From Macrostomum lignano (lineage: Eukaryota), in contig NIVC01004882.1 in the NCBI GenBank assembly GCA_002269645.1, positions 1 through 32,455 of the forward strand: a DNA stretch of 32,455 nucleotides, in the 5' to 3' direction. Of the stretch, positions 10,840 to 24,830 are shown one piece after another. The notes beneath the pieces are model-generated. The model was not told where the DNA came from. It did no database searches and was given only the letters and a program-made list of their open reading frames with translations. The position numbers and the translations under genes were made by a program. Position 1 is the stretch's first letter; each line of letters begins with the position of its first letter.

Positions 10840-11371
10840 TCTCCGTTAATAAGCTATAAAGACCTCAAGTTCTTCCACTCTTTTATGTCCATGGACGATT
10901 TCTTTCTCGATCCAACTGTACTTACGACAAAGAGAGAAACTGGCGTAATACTGATCTTACACAGCAATTTAACTCACCATAGAACTTACAGCAGTTTAGA
11001 GCAGACCCCCCCAGGTGAGAAATCGGCAATTTGGTAACTGAAAATAAGCAACGTGTAATATACAGACGAATTGTAATACTTGAAGTATACTCCGCACTTT
11101 TGTAATGATAGCAGTCAACCAATTTTTTGGCTTCCTCATCGAAAAATTCAGTAAAGCCAATCTTAGCCACGAAAAAATCTCGTAGATACGCTCGTATAGG
11201 AAATAATATGCATTTATTGTTGACTGCATCGCTATTCGAAACATGATTATGAATTGAGCTTTCACGAGATTTGGAAGGAAACTTAAGGCTTACTGGCAGC
11301 CTTCTTTGTAAGTGTTCGATCTGACTCCCTAATGAGATACGAACAATTACGGCAATCATATTGTTATGATT

Positions 11372-11520
11372 GTCAGCCAGTCGACGAAAGGCCGAGTGCG
11401 CGCGTGTCGTCAGCCGTAGCACCTAGCTGTTGCACCGGTTGTTAGTTGATGTGATCGATAGCGCAACAGGTCGCTTAGACAGTTGAGCAGGCCGGTGGGG
11501 CGACACAGTGCCGTGCTGAC
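11372..11520 (-). mobile_element. Older degenerate fragment of the same RTE family
   Basis: GTCAGCCAG..TCGACGAAAGGCCGAGTGCGCGC...GCACCGG...GCGCAACAGGTCGCTTAGAC aligns by eye to 10272-10440. Confidence 0.65.
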
Positions 11521-12639
11521 AGTATGTCAAGTTAGTGTTTATACGGGTATTACGTCAGCCGAATGTGATCGGTGGTACACTGCAAAAGTACTCATTTGCC
11601 AGCGACATCCATATAGACGTTGGAAGCCGTTTTTTTTTGTATGGCAGTGCCGCTCTATGTATTTCGCTCATCGCCTGTGTTGCACGCGCAAGCTTGTCAG
11701 TGTTGTAAGAACAATAAGAATCAATGAGTCCATTAGTGCTTGCAGATTCTTGTAAGCATGCTACTTCATCTATTGGTACATTGTGTACGGAATGTACTTG
11801 CACTCAAGAATTTTTCAACAATTGTACATGTAAAGTTAGAGTCAGCGATTGAATGGTATAAATTATTTAATCGTCTTTATTGTAGATAAGCTATTCTACG
11901 TAGTCGAGCCATTAGCTTCAACAATTGTTCACCATGGACTTGGATTTTCATTCAAGACTTTTGTCAAGTAGCTAAAGAGACATTTTAATTTCAAGTAATG
12001 GAAATGAAGTCAAAATGGTATTTCACTATACCGTGGCTTGTCATGCAACTGTGGAAAACTTTTCGTAACGTAAAATACTGTTACCGGTTTTAAATCGTTT
12101 TTATAAACTTCCTTCTGGCATAACAAATTTTCTAAGAAGTCTGACATTTACATCATATAAGTGAATTTTCATTTGTTATATTTTCTCTATAATAATTCTT
12201 TTAATCTAAGACATCATTCCATTTTTATTTTAAAAATGCATCGGCACGAATTTAAAGCTTGCGCCTTTGGCACACTGCTATGTAGCTAGACCCGAATCGT
12301 GTAGTTGCAGCAAAAACGGTCGAAATCTGAATCAATCTTCTGCTTTAGTTGCTTCTATAACTACCTGCAGTTCGTCACGGTATTTGTAAGTAATAACGTT
12401 TCTTTTTTCGATATATTATTAATTTAGATGTAACGTGCACGCAAATATTTAGCTCAATATTTGTGCTGTAGAGATAGTTATTCTATTGCCAAACTAAAAT
12501 TGAGTTCAGTAAAAACTTTAATTAGCGAATCTTAGTGAAATAACTGCAGTTGGCTTTACTATTAAGCTTGCAATAATCGAATTATAGGGTGCCAATATTT
12601 CAATGCATATTTCACTCATGTCCATCCAATGTCCAGATT

Positions 12640-15156
12640 ATGGCCTTCTTGGCGCTATTCTTCCTGGCGCTGGTCTCCGGTTGCACGCTCGCCACCCAGC
12701 AGATGCCGCGGTTCCAGTTCTCACCGTCCAGCAAGGTGTTGCTTTCCTGGAGCGACACCTGGGAGGTCGGATCGTCCAACATGCTGTCGATTCTCACCGA
12801 GGGCAAGCACATCAACATTCAGGTGTCCGTGAGCGGCGATCGCGGCGAAAGTGGCCTAAAAAGAGTTCTAATTTACGAGTGCCCGCAATCCCAGGCCCAA
12901 ATGATTGACATGGACACTCTCCAATCGAGCTTGTCTCCCGAACATCGATGCCCGAATACCATTCCATTCACTGTACAGGCGGGCAACTCCGAAAACCATT
13001 TTCAACTGAAGATGAAAGCCTCAGAGGTGCACTATACCCAGGTGGCTAGCAGGAGAGTGAAACTCGTTGTGCGGGTCGAATGGTCTGGCGGGGCAATCCA
13101 GTCCAATCCGCTCTTTCTGTACAACTTTGACCCACTTGGCGCATTTAGCGTTGGAAAGATGGGAGCATTGGATTTAAAATTTCTTACCCCTGCCGCGATT
13201 GAGCTGATGACCAGGTTGAACTATTCCAGCCCACTTGACGACCAGTTTCCAGCTGTACCCTTCATTGAATCGTCAATTTCAAGCTTTGTCAAAAACTCAC
13301 CGCAGTTCGTCAGGAGCAAAATAACACTAGGCTCAAGCCTGTACTTTGATGCAGGCTCCTGCTTGCACAATCAACTGGGAAAGGCCACGCTGTTTACAAG
13401 CTACTACTCCAAATTTGACTTGCGACATCAAAAGCTTCAAAAAATAATGCACCTGGATGTAGAGAGCGGCTATTTAGACTTTTCTGCTTGCGGTTTAAAA
13501 CAGGAGATTACCTCATTTTATCATGAAAAGAAGCCGCAGTATACCATTGGAATCTGCACCATCATTTCGTTCTCAGGAGAATCTGAACCCTACTTAAAAA
13601 TTCAGGCAGCAGATCAGCGCTATTCAATTGACAAAGTCCATTACTCCGGATGTCCCATATGGTCTACAGCCTGCAAAGTGGCACCAAATGCTAAGAAAAC
13701 TTTGACCATAATGGCCGGCATGGACAACACCGCCCTCGTCTGTCCCATTCTGTGCAGCGATAAAAGCCAGACGTATCAATTTTTCAGAGACGGCAACCCA
13801 CTTTATGCGTCCCAATTAGAGGAGTGGACAGTCATAGATGGCATTCGGGTGTCGAGAACTGGCAACATCATCGAGTTTACACCTTCCGTCTCAAGTGCTC
13901 ATTCCGGGATATACAAATGTGATGCTGGATCGGAACACTTTTTTGAGTTCAACGTCACTGTGGTCTCGATGCCGCACTTTGCTGTGACCTACTCTTCTGC
14001 AGCCAGTGGAATTCCAAGCTCTGAAAGTTCGGGTCTGTTGCCTGAGAAGGTGTTCGCGATGGAGGGCGAATCTCTGTTCTACAGCTGTACAGTGATGTTC
14101 TCTGGATTGAAGTCGGTCACAGTGGAGCCAACGTTCTACATGCCAATGGTCAGTAACGGCAAGGTGAACTGGGACCGTCTGACAGATGAGGCATTTCGTC
14201 AAAAGTTTTCAAATGGAGACAGTTGGATGAGCGTGACTACGACCTCAACTTCGACTTCAAGTAAAACTTTGACAATGGACGTGATTCGCGTTCCCCCAGC
14301 TAATCCGTCACTGGGCACCAACTTCAGTCATCGATTTGAATGCAATGCTTCTCTTAATCAGTTTGAGTCTGTTTCACAGGTGGGCATGTCAGAGTATCGT
14401 AATCAAACGGGTGCCGATGTCTTTTTTCTAAATCGCCTGACGAAGGACAGTTTTCTCATAAACCCAAACAACAATTGTAGCGTTCAGAAATGCAGCGTCT
14501 CGAATGGCGCCAAGTTCGAATTTGCTCTTTCGGAAAGCACCGCAGCCTACCTCCGGGACGTCGGGGTCGAGGTTTCTGCTTACTTCATGTTGGACGATCT
14601 TCTTCTTGAAAATGTGAAGTCCTTGTTTGTGAAAGACGCTTCTGCCATCAGATTTGACGCTAAAACTTTTACTCTGACTTACAAAGTTTTGCCAATATCT
14701 CAGGAAGGCGTTTTGAATGAGCTGCAGAAACGAAAAAACCTTACAGCCGTTTACAATTTCCGCTATCAGCCAAAAACGGCTTTGACAAACCTTCGACACA
14801 ACAAAAGTGCTTACGGCAGTCCAAGCGTCGCTCTCGGCCAAAGAGACTGCCGGGCGGACAAGTTATGCTTTTACTCCACCGACTTTGATTTATCTAATGG
14901 GCTTGAATTTCTTCGAGTTGACCTGGCCTTTCTAGATACACCATTACCCGAGCCTGGAGTCGCTTCTACTCGTACTTCGGGTGTGATTGTCAGAGTGGCC
15001 ATCGCTGCCAGTGTGGCTTTGATTGTTGGCCTGGTGGCAGCTTACCTCATGACCAGGACGCCTGAAAGGGCTTACCAAGTTGAGGAGAAAGAGAAGATGG
15101 GCACAAAGCAGATGCTGAACGCTTCCATTGCGTCCATTTACCTAGAGCTGTCGTGA
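12640..15156 (+). CDS. Gene B: intronless type I transmembrane Ig-superfamily protein with a short 34-aa tail (838 aa)
   Basis: The first ATG is at 12640 (the ORF-track GTG start is not a eukaryotic start). Signal peptide MAFLALFFLALVSGCTLA. Ig motifs LVCP...FFRDG...HSGIYKC and GESLFYSC...HRFECNAS. TM GVIVRVAIAASVALIVGLVAAYLM. Tail has deletions relative to C. The ORF is intact. Confidence 0.88.
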   Translation: MAFLALFFLALVSGCTLATQQMPRFQFSPSSKVLLSWSDTWEVGSSNMLSILTEGKHINIQVSVSGDRGESGLKRVLIYECPQSQAQMIDMDTLQSSLSPEHRCPNTIPFTVQAGNSENHFQLKMKASEVHYTQVASRRVKLVVRVEWSGGAIQSNPLFLYNFDPLGAFSVGKMGALDLKFLTPAAIELMTRLNYSSPLDDQFPAVPFIESSISSFVKNSPQFVRSKITLGSSLYFDAGSCLHNQLGKATLFTSYYSKFDLRHQKLQKIMHLDVESGYLDFSACGLKQEITSFYHEKKPQYTIGICTIISFSGESEPYLKIQAADQRYSIDKVHYSGCPIWSTACKVAPNAKKTLTIMAGMDNTALVCPILCSDKSQTYQFFRDGNPLYASQLEEWTVIDGIRVSRTGNIIEFTPSVSSAHSGIYKCDAGSEHFFEFNVTVVSMPHFAVTYSSAASGIPSSESSGLLPEKVFAMEGESLFYSCTVMFSGLKSVTVEPTFYMPMVSNGKVNWDRLTDEAFRQKFSNGDSWMSVTTTSTSTSSKTLTMDVIRVPPANPSLGTNFSHRFECNASLNQFESVSQVGMSEYRNQTGADVFFLNRLTKDSFLINPNNNCSVQKCSVSNGAKFEFALSESTAAYLRDVGVEVSAYFMLDDLLLENVKSLFVKDASAIRFDAKTFTLTYKVLPISQEGVLNELQKRKNLTAVYNFRYQPKTALTNLRHNKSAYGSPSVALGQRDCRADKLCFYSTDFDLSNGLEFLRVDLAFLDTPLPEPGVASTRTSGVIVRVAIAASVALIVGLVAAYLMTRTPERAYQVEEKEKMGTKQMLNASIASIYLELS

Positions 15157-17224
15157 TTGAGATATGACACATCGACAGACAGCACAGAAAATAATGCATG
15201 CATCGTTTAATACTGTTTTTCTATTTAAGTCTTTATGCCAGGAGTGTTTCTGAGACCGTGCAAATATGTTAAAATATCTTAGTAATTGGAGCTGGTGTTT
15301 TAGAATAGGTACTCCAAAAATTTCCTACTTTTTCATAAAAAGTTAACTAGACCCCGAATTAGAAGACAAACTGTAATAACGAGCACAATTACAAGCGTAC
15401 TCGTAAGTTCCACAGTACAGGTGCTGCTTGTTGTGTCTTTTATACTCTGAAAGATACTTACAGACGCTTCTGTGTTCGGTACTTTTTAAATCTGCGAGTA
15501 TATCATACAATCGAATTATTAAGTAAGTTTTTGCTTTCATTTTTCGAAGGCTACTCTCTGTAAAATTCATCATTATTGCCATCACGCGACTCATGTGGAA
15601 GTCCTACGAATATTTGCAACCGTGGACAACTGATGTAGAAGGACTTCAGTTGTACATGATTGCGATACAAAATAGCGTTGCTTGTCCGCCAGCTCGTATT
15701 TTACTAAAGACAAAAAGAATTAACCAGTAACTATTACTATATTTATATCACTAATTCAGCCGATGACCTAAATGTTATTAAACTCTAGCTATGCACGCAA
15801 CTCTGAAATAATAAATGTTTAATGCAAGTATTATGTTCTATGATTAACATGTAAAAGTTCAATTACGAGTACACACTATAACTATTAGTTATGTCCTTTC
15901 CAACCTTCCCCAACCTACTCAACCTACATATGGAGTTTCAAGGAAGAAAGTCAATCTATGGCTAGATGTGACCACACAGACAGAATGCTCAATCAGTCTA
16001 TGTCTACATGTATGACTCCGAAACGCATGCGCGTGCACACTACTTTTTCGGTGAAAACGCTCAAAGTAATGCCGAGGAAACTGATAGAGCATCATGTTTA
16101 ATAGTTAAAGAAAACTGGAAAGAAATCGGCTCATATCAAGTATGCTAAGAAAGACAAAACTAACTCACTACATTGAAATAAAGCGCACTCTTGCATCTTT
16201 ACTGTCGATGGCTTGCACCAATATCAAATGGTGTAAAATTTAAAATGTCAAAGTGTAAAATGGGAACGTGATAGATAGACAGGAAGAGCATTTAGAAACT
16301 GGGCAGTCATTAGGGAGCATGAACCAGAAACCTTTAAGCATGAGCTTGCTTGCATCATGATTAACTTCTTGCATACCTCTCTATGAAATTATTGTAATCA
16401 TCTGGCAGATCGGCAAGATCTTTCGGCAAAATTTTGTCACAAGACAATTTGACACTCATTGTTTGTCTCTGAGAACGACTTGGCTAGCAAGAATACGAGT
16501 AAAGGTTCAGACCTCAGCCTGTTGCTCAAACAGTCTGCTGTCAATGGCATATACGCAAGCTATCTGAGACTAAGCTGACGTGCTAAAATTTGCTTCTGCT
16601 TAAAACTCTACGATGATCGTTACGGTTACTCGAATTCCTTCATCAGAAAAATAGTCTATGCGCCTATCAATTTTTTGATTGACGCAGTTTTCAGCTTAAA
16701 ATTAGCCAACTGTGTAAGTTCTGTGATTATGAACGGTCATCTGTGACCTTCTCTCTATTTATGTTTTCTTTTAAAGATAAACTTCCTAATTCAGTTGGAA
16801 AAGCTTTTTCCAGAATTCATGAAAATTAGAGATTCGATAAGAATCACTTCAACTGAAAATTCATGACCAGCCAAGTAGAAGGCCAGCTGCTTCGGGTAGC
16901 TGCTTGGAGAAGATTTATTTTTAAGATATCACCAGGGTCTTGCTGTGAACTTTTCTTCGCCATAATTACTGAATACTGTGAAGGTATAAAAGTATTTAAT
17001 GATAGGAAGAAATAACCAGTAAACACAATGTTTACGAGTATAACAACCATATAACTAAGGTGCTTCTTTCTGTTGATCCTGAAGCAAGTAGCCAACTAAT
17101 TCTGCTAACTATTTTGCCGTCAAAAATGTAAAAAGGAAATCTCATTTGAGCCATTACGAGCTAGGTGTTGGCTGCAGGTGTTTGTAACACAGTCAGATAG
17201 CAAATATTTGATTAATAATTACTA

Positions 17225-17400
17225 CATATATACTATACTACCACATATACTAAATGCCCAAGATCTGTTTGTTTGTCTTTAAGGCTCTAGACATTGAACC
17301 GATTGACCAATTTTGATCGCGTTTTCGCCAAAAGATCTGTAATTATCTGGAAGGAAGACAGTTTAAATTTCTTTAATCTGTTTCAATGCTACATGTATTA
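17225..17400 (+). mobile_element. Helitron-like 5' terminal fragment
   Basis: TATACTA repeats then TATACTAAATGCCCAAGATCTGTTTGTTTGTC, the same architecture as the minus-strand ends at 264, 1488 and 2684. The end coordinate is uncertain. Confidence 0.3.
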
Positions 17401-18579
17401 AATATTTGAAAACTGAGTTTTCCAATGCTTTCAATAGGAGGCCAAACAAGGTTGAATTGTTGACTGACTGAATTCGTATTCCGATAACGATTGCATTACG
17501 AGCTTTTTAAATATTCTTTTTTAGGTGAAGGCTGCAGTGTGCCAAGCATTGCGCGTGCACTCTAGTGAGATAAATCAGCAAGTGCATTTTAAAAGTAAAA
17601 TTGAAATTATTGAAGGATGTACAACATTATGTACATCTGGTGGTGCTAATCTGGTTGAGCAGCGCTAATTTGGGGGAGCGGTGCTAATCTGACTTATGAG
17701 AAAAGTAATAAATATGTATAAGAGGATTGCAAATCAAATTTAAATTGCGAGTTGCAAAGATTTCAAATGATTTCGATCTAATGCAATCGTTACTCTCTGA
17801 GTAAGGTGTGTTAGACGCGCCGGGGGTGCCGCTGTACATATCGCTGTACTTTGGCGGGGGTTGAGGTGTGGGGTGTTGGCCGCGCGGGCCAGCTTAAAGC
17901 CTCTGCACCCGGCCCGGCTTGTCTCCGTCCGCCATTTCTCAATTTTTTTTATTCTCTTTTTTACGAACCAATGAATATTAACTCGTTTAATCTAATAAAT
18001 AAACGCTTCGCTTGATCCACTGGGATCCGCTTTCTCGGCCGCTGCCTGCTTTTCGCAACTGATTTGTCTCGTTTGGCTCCTTCCGGCGTGTTTAATGTAA
18101 AGCATTGAGATTTGTGGCCATCTGCTCAGGGATTGTGTGAAACAGTGCTGGTGAACCATTGTGTCGTGCCGTAGCAATAAGGTCGTCCATTATAAGAGAG
18201 CGCTTAGTTGAGCACAAAAAAAACGCGACTTGAGGTGATAGCCAAACTGGCCTTTATATTATTAAGAAACCACGTAAGAAACCAAGACGGCACGTGCCGC
18301 CTATAATATAGCGCAGTCAAACATTTCTAACTGTAGCCTAGGTACAACGTGCCGCGTGCACGCTACGTAACATTGGCAATGAGTAAATATTGCGTACACA
18401 AAGTAAGTCAGTGAAAGTTAATGAGCTGAGCAAGGCGCGGCGCCACACATAGCTAAACTGCTGGTGAACCATTGCAATTTTTTACTAAAAGCTATTTTTA
18501 AAAAGAAGAAAACTGAGCGAAAGAAAGAACGAAAAAAAGAATCACCGTGTCAAACAAAAAGAAGCACCCTGTCGAACAT

Positions 18580-19174
18580 ACAAGACTCATTGGGAATTGC
18601 TAAGATGTCAAGACCGATGGAGGAATTGCTAAGAGTCAAGGCTTACGGCAGAAATTTCTGAGATGTCGAGGATGGAGGGGATAGCTCAAATACTGTGATT
18701 CTTAGGAAGAATTGCTGCGAGTTCAAGGTTTATTTGGAAAATCGCTGCGATAACAAGTCTCACGGGTGGGGTTGTTAGATTGTCAAGGTTCATTGGGAAA
18801 TTCCTTTGCTGTCAAGGCTCATGGGATGATTTCTGAAATGCTGTGGCTGTTAAGGGGAATTTCTGAGATATCAAGGGTCTCCAGTAGATGTGGTTGCTGA
18901 GATATTGAGGCTCACGGGGAATTGCTGAGATGAGAATATTCATTGGGGGATTGTTGTGGCTCATGGGGCAGAATGGCTGAAATCTTGTAACCTTCAGCGG
19001 GGTTTTGGATAGGGTGGGTTATGGTGAGGGTTCCGTTTAGGAATGTTAGCGTAAGTGTAAAGGTTCAACCGTAAAAGAATTAGCCTGTCTACCAAAAAAG
19101 ACTAATAAGACACTTGCTCAGATTTTCAAAGCTCATAGAGGGAATGACTCAGTTGCCAAGGCTCATGAGGGGAC
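18580..19174. repeat. Degenerate ~30-bp minisatellite, approximate consensus GCTGAGATGTCAAGGCTCATGGGGAATT
   Basis: Recurrent AAGGCTCAT / GGAATTGCTGAGAT motifs; the same family occurs at ~24430-24830. Confidence 0.7.
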
Positions 19175-20499
19175 TGTAGTGACTGACGCGAAACAGAGAT
19201 AATTTGCTGAATAAGACTTCGGCCCCGACTTGGGCATTGGATTGCGATACATATTGCTGTGATGGGGCTCAAGGGCTCGGTCCTTTCGTGCCCCTTTCCC
19301 AGACCCGGGTTCGCGCACTGACCCTGGCTGCGGTCCTCCACTGACACGCGTACGACGCAGAGCTGCTTGGGTTGGGACCGGCGTACGACGCACTTAATCC
19401 CTCTAAGGTGCCTAGTACAGATGCAGACCCAAATGACTTGCAAATGGGAAGGCTCACCAGCCGCGATTTCGGTCGTACAACTCGGGAACAGCGCCGACAG
19501 AGCAGTGGGAGTATCGATATTCTTTAATTGTATTTGTCGGACAATTCGGACACTTAATAGTGAAGTACAGGCTGTTTGCTTCCCGGATTAGGCCCTTGCG
19601 GATTACCTTATGACTCGTGCCTCTTCAGTGGGAAGTTCTCTCAACTCTCAGTAGCGTAGGTAGTGCTGCCACCAGTTCCTTCAGGTCTCGGCCTTCGATG
19701 AGGTGAGCTTCCCGTCGGAACGAAATAAACAAGTCAACGAACTCAGCACAGCGTGCAGATTTGCAGATTAATGAACAAGGCGTCCTGATCAGCAGCTCCC
19801 CGCCGGGCTCAGGGGTGGCTGGGAAGGCAGTGTTAGCCTCCCTTAGGCTTGGGCTTTAGTGGGGTTTCAGTCAGACCAGTACAAACGGATTCAGTACGCA
19901 AAGGGCACTTAGTTAGACACTGACGCGCACGGGATCTTAGTGAATTCTCCGCAGATAAGAAGCCATTCCTTGACGGAAACAAGGGAGAGGGGTCCTATTT
20001 ATAACCGGGAAACACCCACGCACAAGACCTCGTGACCTCGTTCTATTTTTAGAACTGACGTCACTTGAGGGTCTCCCGGCAGAGTGCACATGGCTGTGAC
20101 TCAGTTGCTATTTTTAGCAACATGAGTCACTCCTCTCTTTAGAGAAGGGAGGGGGCCGAAAGCATGTGACTCTTCCGGTAAACAGGGCCAACAAGTGCAG
20201 TAAACATGTTTACTGCACTTTAGGACTCAAAGAACAGATCGAGGATCTGTTATGTGACTCGCTCACATGACAGGGGAAAGAAAGACCGAGCGAAACAGAG
20301 ACAGTCCACAGCAGAGAAGCTGAGGGCTGAGAAACAAGGGGCAAAACGGGAAAAAACGAGGGAAGGGAGCAGCAACAGACAGACAAAAGGAGGGAGGCGG
20401 GAAGCTGACCAGCGGCAGACAGCAACCCAGGGCGAGGGCGAGGGCAAGGGCGACTGCTGACGAAGTGCGACGCCTAACACTAACTAGCGGATCACTACA
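19175..20499 (-). mobile_element. LTR-like segment (~1.3 kb)
   Basis: Bounded by the inverted termini TGTAGTGA...TCACTACA. Minus-strand TATAAATA at 20003-19996 with clustered enhancer-like motifs upstream of it. No matching TSD, PBS or PPT was found. Confidence 0.5.
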
Positions 20500-21351
20500 A
20501 TAGCAACCAACGCTGGCAAAATCACCGGGGAGCCACGGAGTCTCACGGGGGTCCGAAAAAATAGGCAGCAAACTAGGGGTTGAGGGCGCGGGATAAAGGC
20601 AGAAAAGGGGGCTTAGACAACAGCATGGGACACACATGAGCCGTACCAGCCAATCGCCGGGGGCGCAGCACGGCAGACTGGGACTGGCAGCCAATCACGA
20701 TCTATAGGGGCGGGGCAGCTAGGCTAACAAAATAATGGGGTGGGGTCGCACGCAAAGAATGGGGGGGTCGCACGCAGAGAATGGGGGTTGAATAACAGAC
20801 AAGGCCTAGGCAGAGAGGGGGGGCTACGCACGTGCAGAAGTGAAGGGGGTGAGTCAGAAAATATCTGAGGAGGGGGGAGAGGCCGGCCAGACTGGCCCGG
20901 CGTAGAATAGTGCACTCAACTCAAGTTACAATAACACATTCATGACAATATATTGAGACCCAACCTAACAGTTCGATACGAGTGAAACGTAAATCCAATT
21001 ACACGAACACCAACCTAGCGTGTACATCAGCTCAATGTGCAATTGGACTAAAATAGCCCGCGCAGTGACTGAGGGTGGCCGTGTATAACATCGTACCCAC
21101 GTGAACTTTTACAGTAAAATAAAAACGAGATTAAAAGCTATTTTAACAGTGAAAAATCATGCAGAAATTGGCAGTTCATAAATCAGTCCGAATCAAATTT
21201 GTCAGAAAGCAAAACTCAATCACGAAAGTCCGGTCTCGGGATTTTGCAGCTTCTTGGATGCGGGCGGTATTCAATTGGTGGCTCCGCCGCACCAGACTCG
21301 ATCCCCGTCGCAGCGCCAAAAGTCGCCGCAGACTGTCCGGTGCTTTCCTTC

Positions 21352-24345
<2,994 letters not shown>

Positions 24346-24429
24346 GAATGGTGGACTTTAGGCAGGGTTAGTTTAGGATTAGGTTAGGGTTATGGTTAAA
24401 CCATAAAAGGGTTTCCTTTTCGAAAATAA

Positions 24430-24830
24430 AAGACTCGTTGGTGGATTGCTAAGGGATCAAGGCTCATTTGGGAATTGCTGAGATGACAAAGCTCGGAGAG
24501 GGGGAATTATGGAATTCTGGGACTCTTGGGGAGATGTCAATAATATGTAAAAAGCTCAATATGAAAAAGCTCACATGGGAATCGCTGAAATGCTAAGGCT
24601 CACTGTGAATAGCTGAGATGTCCAAGGCTCATAAGAGAATTGCTGAAATTTCTGCCGAGATAAAATTCAATAAATGTCAATGTTCATTGGTTAATTGTTA
24701 TAATACTGTGGCTCATGGGGGAATAGCCGAAATACTGTGACTCGGCAGGGATAGGGTTGGGGTTCAATCATAAGTCTCATGTGGAATTTCCAAGCTGTGA
24801 ATTGCTAAGTGGTCAGGCCTTAGGGGTGGT
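24430..24830. repeat. Degenerate ~30-bp minisatellite, same family as 18580-19174
   Basis: AAGGCTCA / GAATTGCTGAGATG motifs, preceded by a degenerate TTAGG/TTAGGG tract at 24365-24395. Confidence 0.7.

Noticed and set aside
10922-11422. 166-aa minus-strand ORF
   Set aside because: No recognisable domain; its start overlaps an RTE relic; and the paralogous DNA near 24900-25110 is open in a different frame.
12589-12639. 17-aa N-terminal extension of B (and of C at 29051-29101)
   Set aside because: It depends on a GTG start. The ATG at 12640/29102 directly opens a typical signal peptide.
12603-14841. Short overlapping or antisense ORFs inside B that recur in C
   Set aside because: Their conservation is explained by the ~98% DNA identity of the host genes; there is no independent coding signal.
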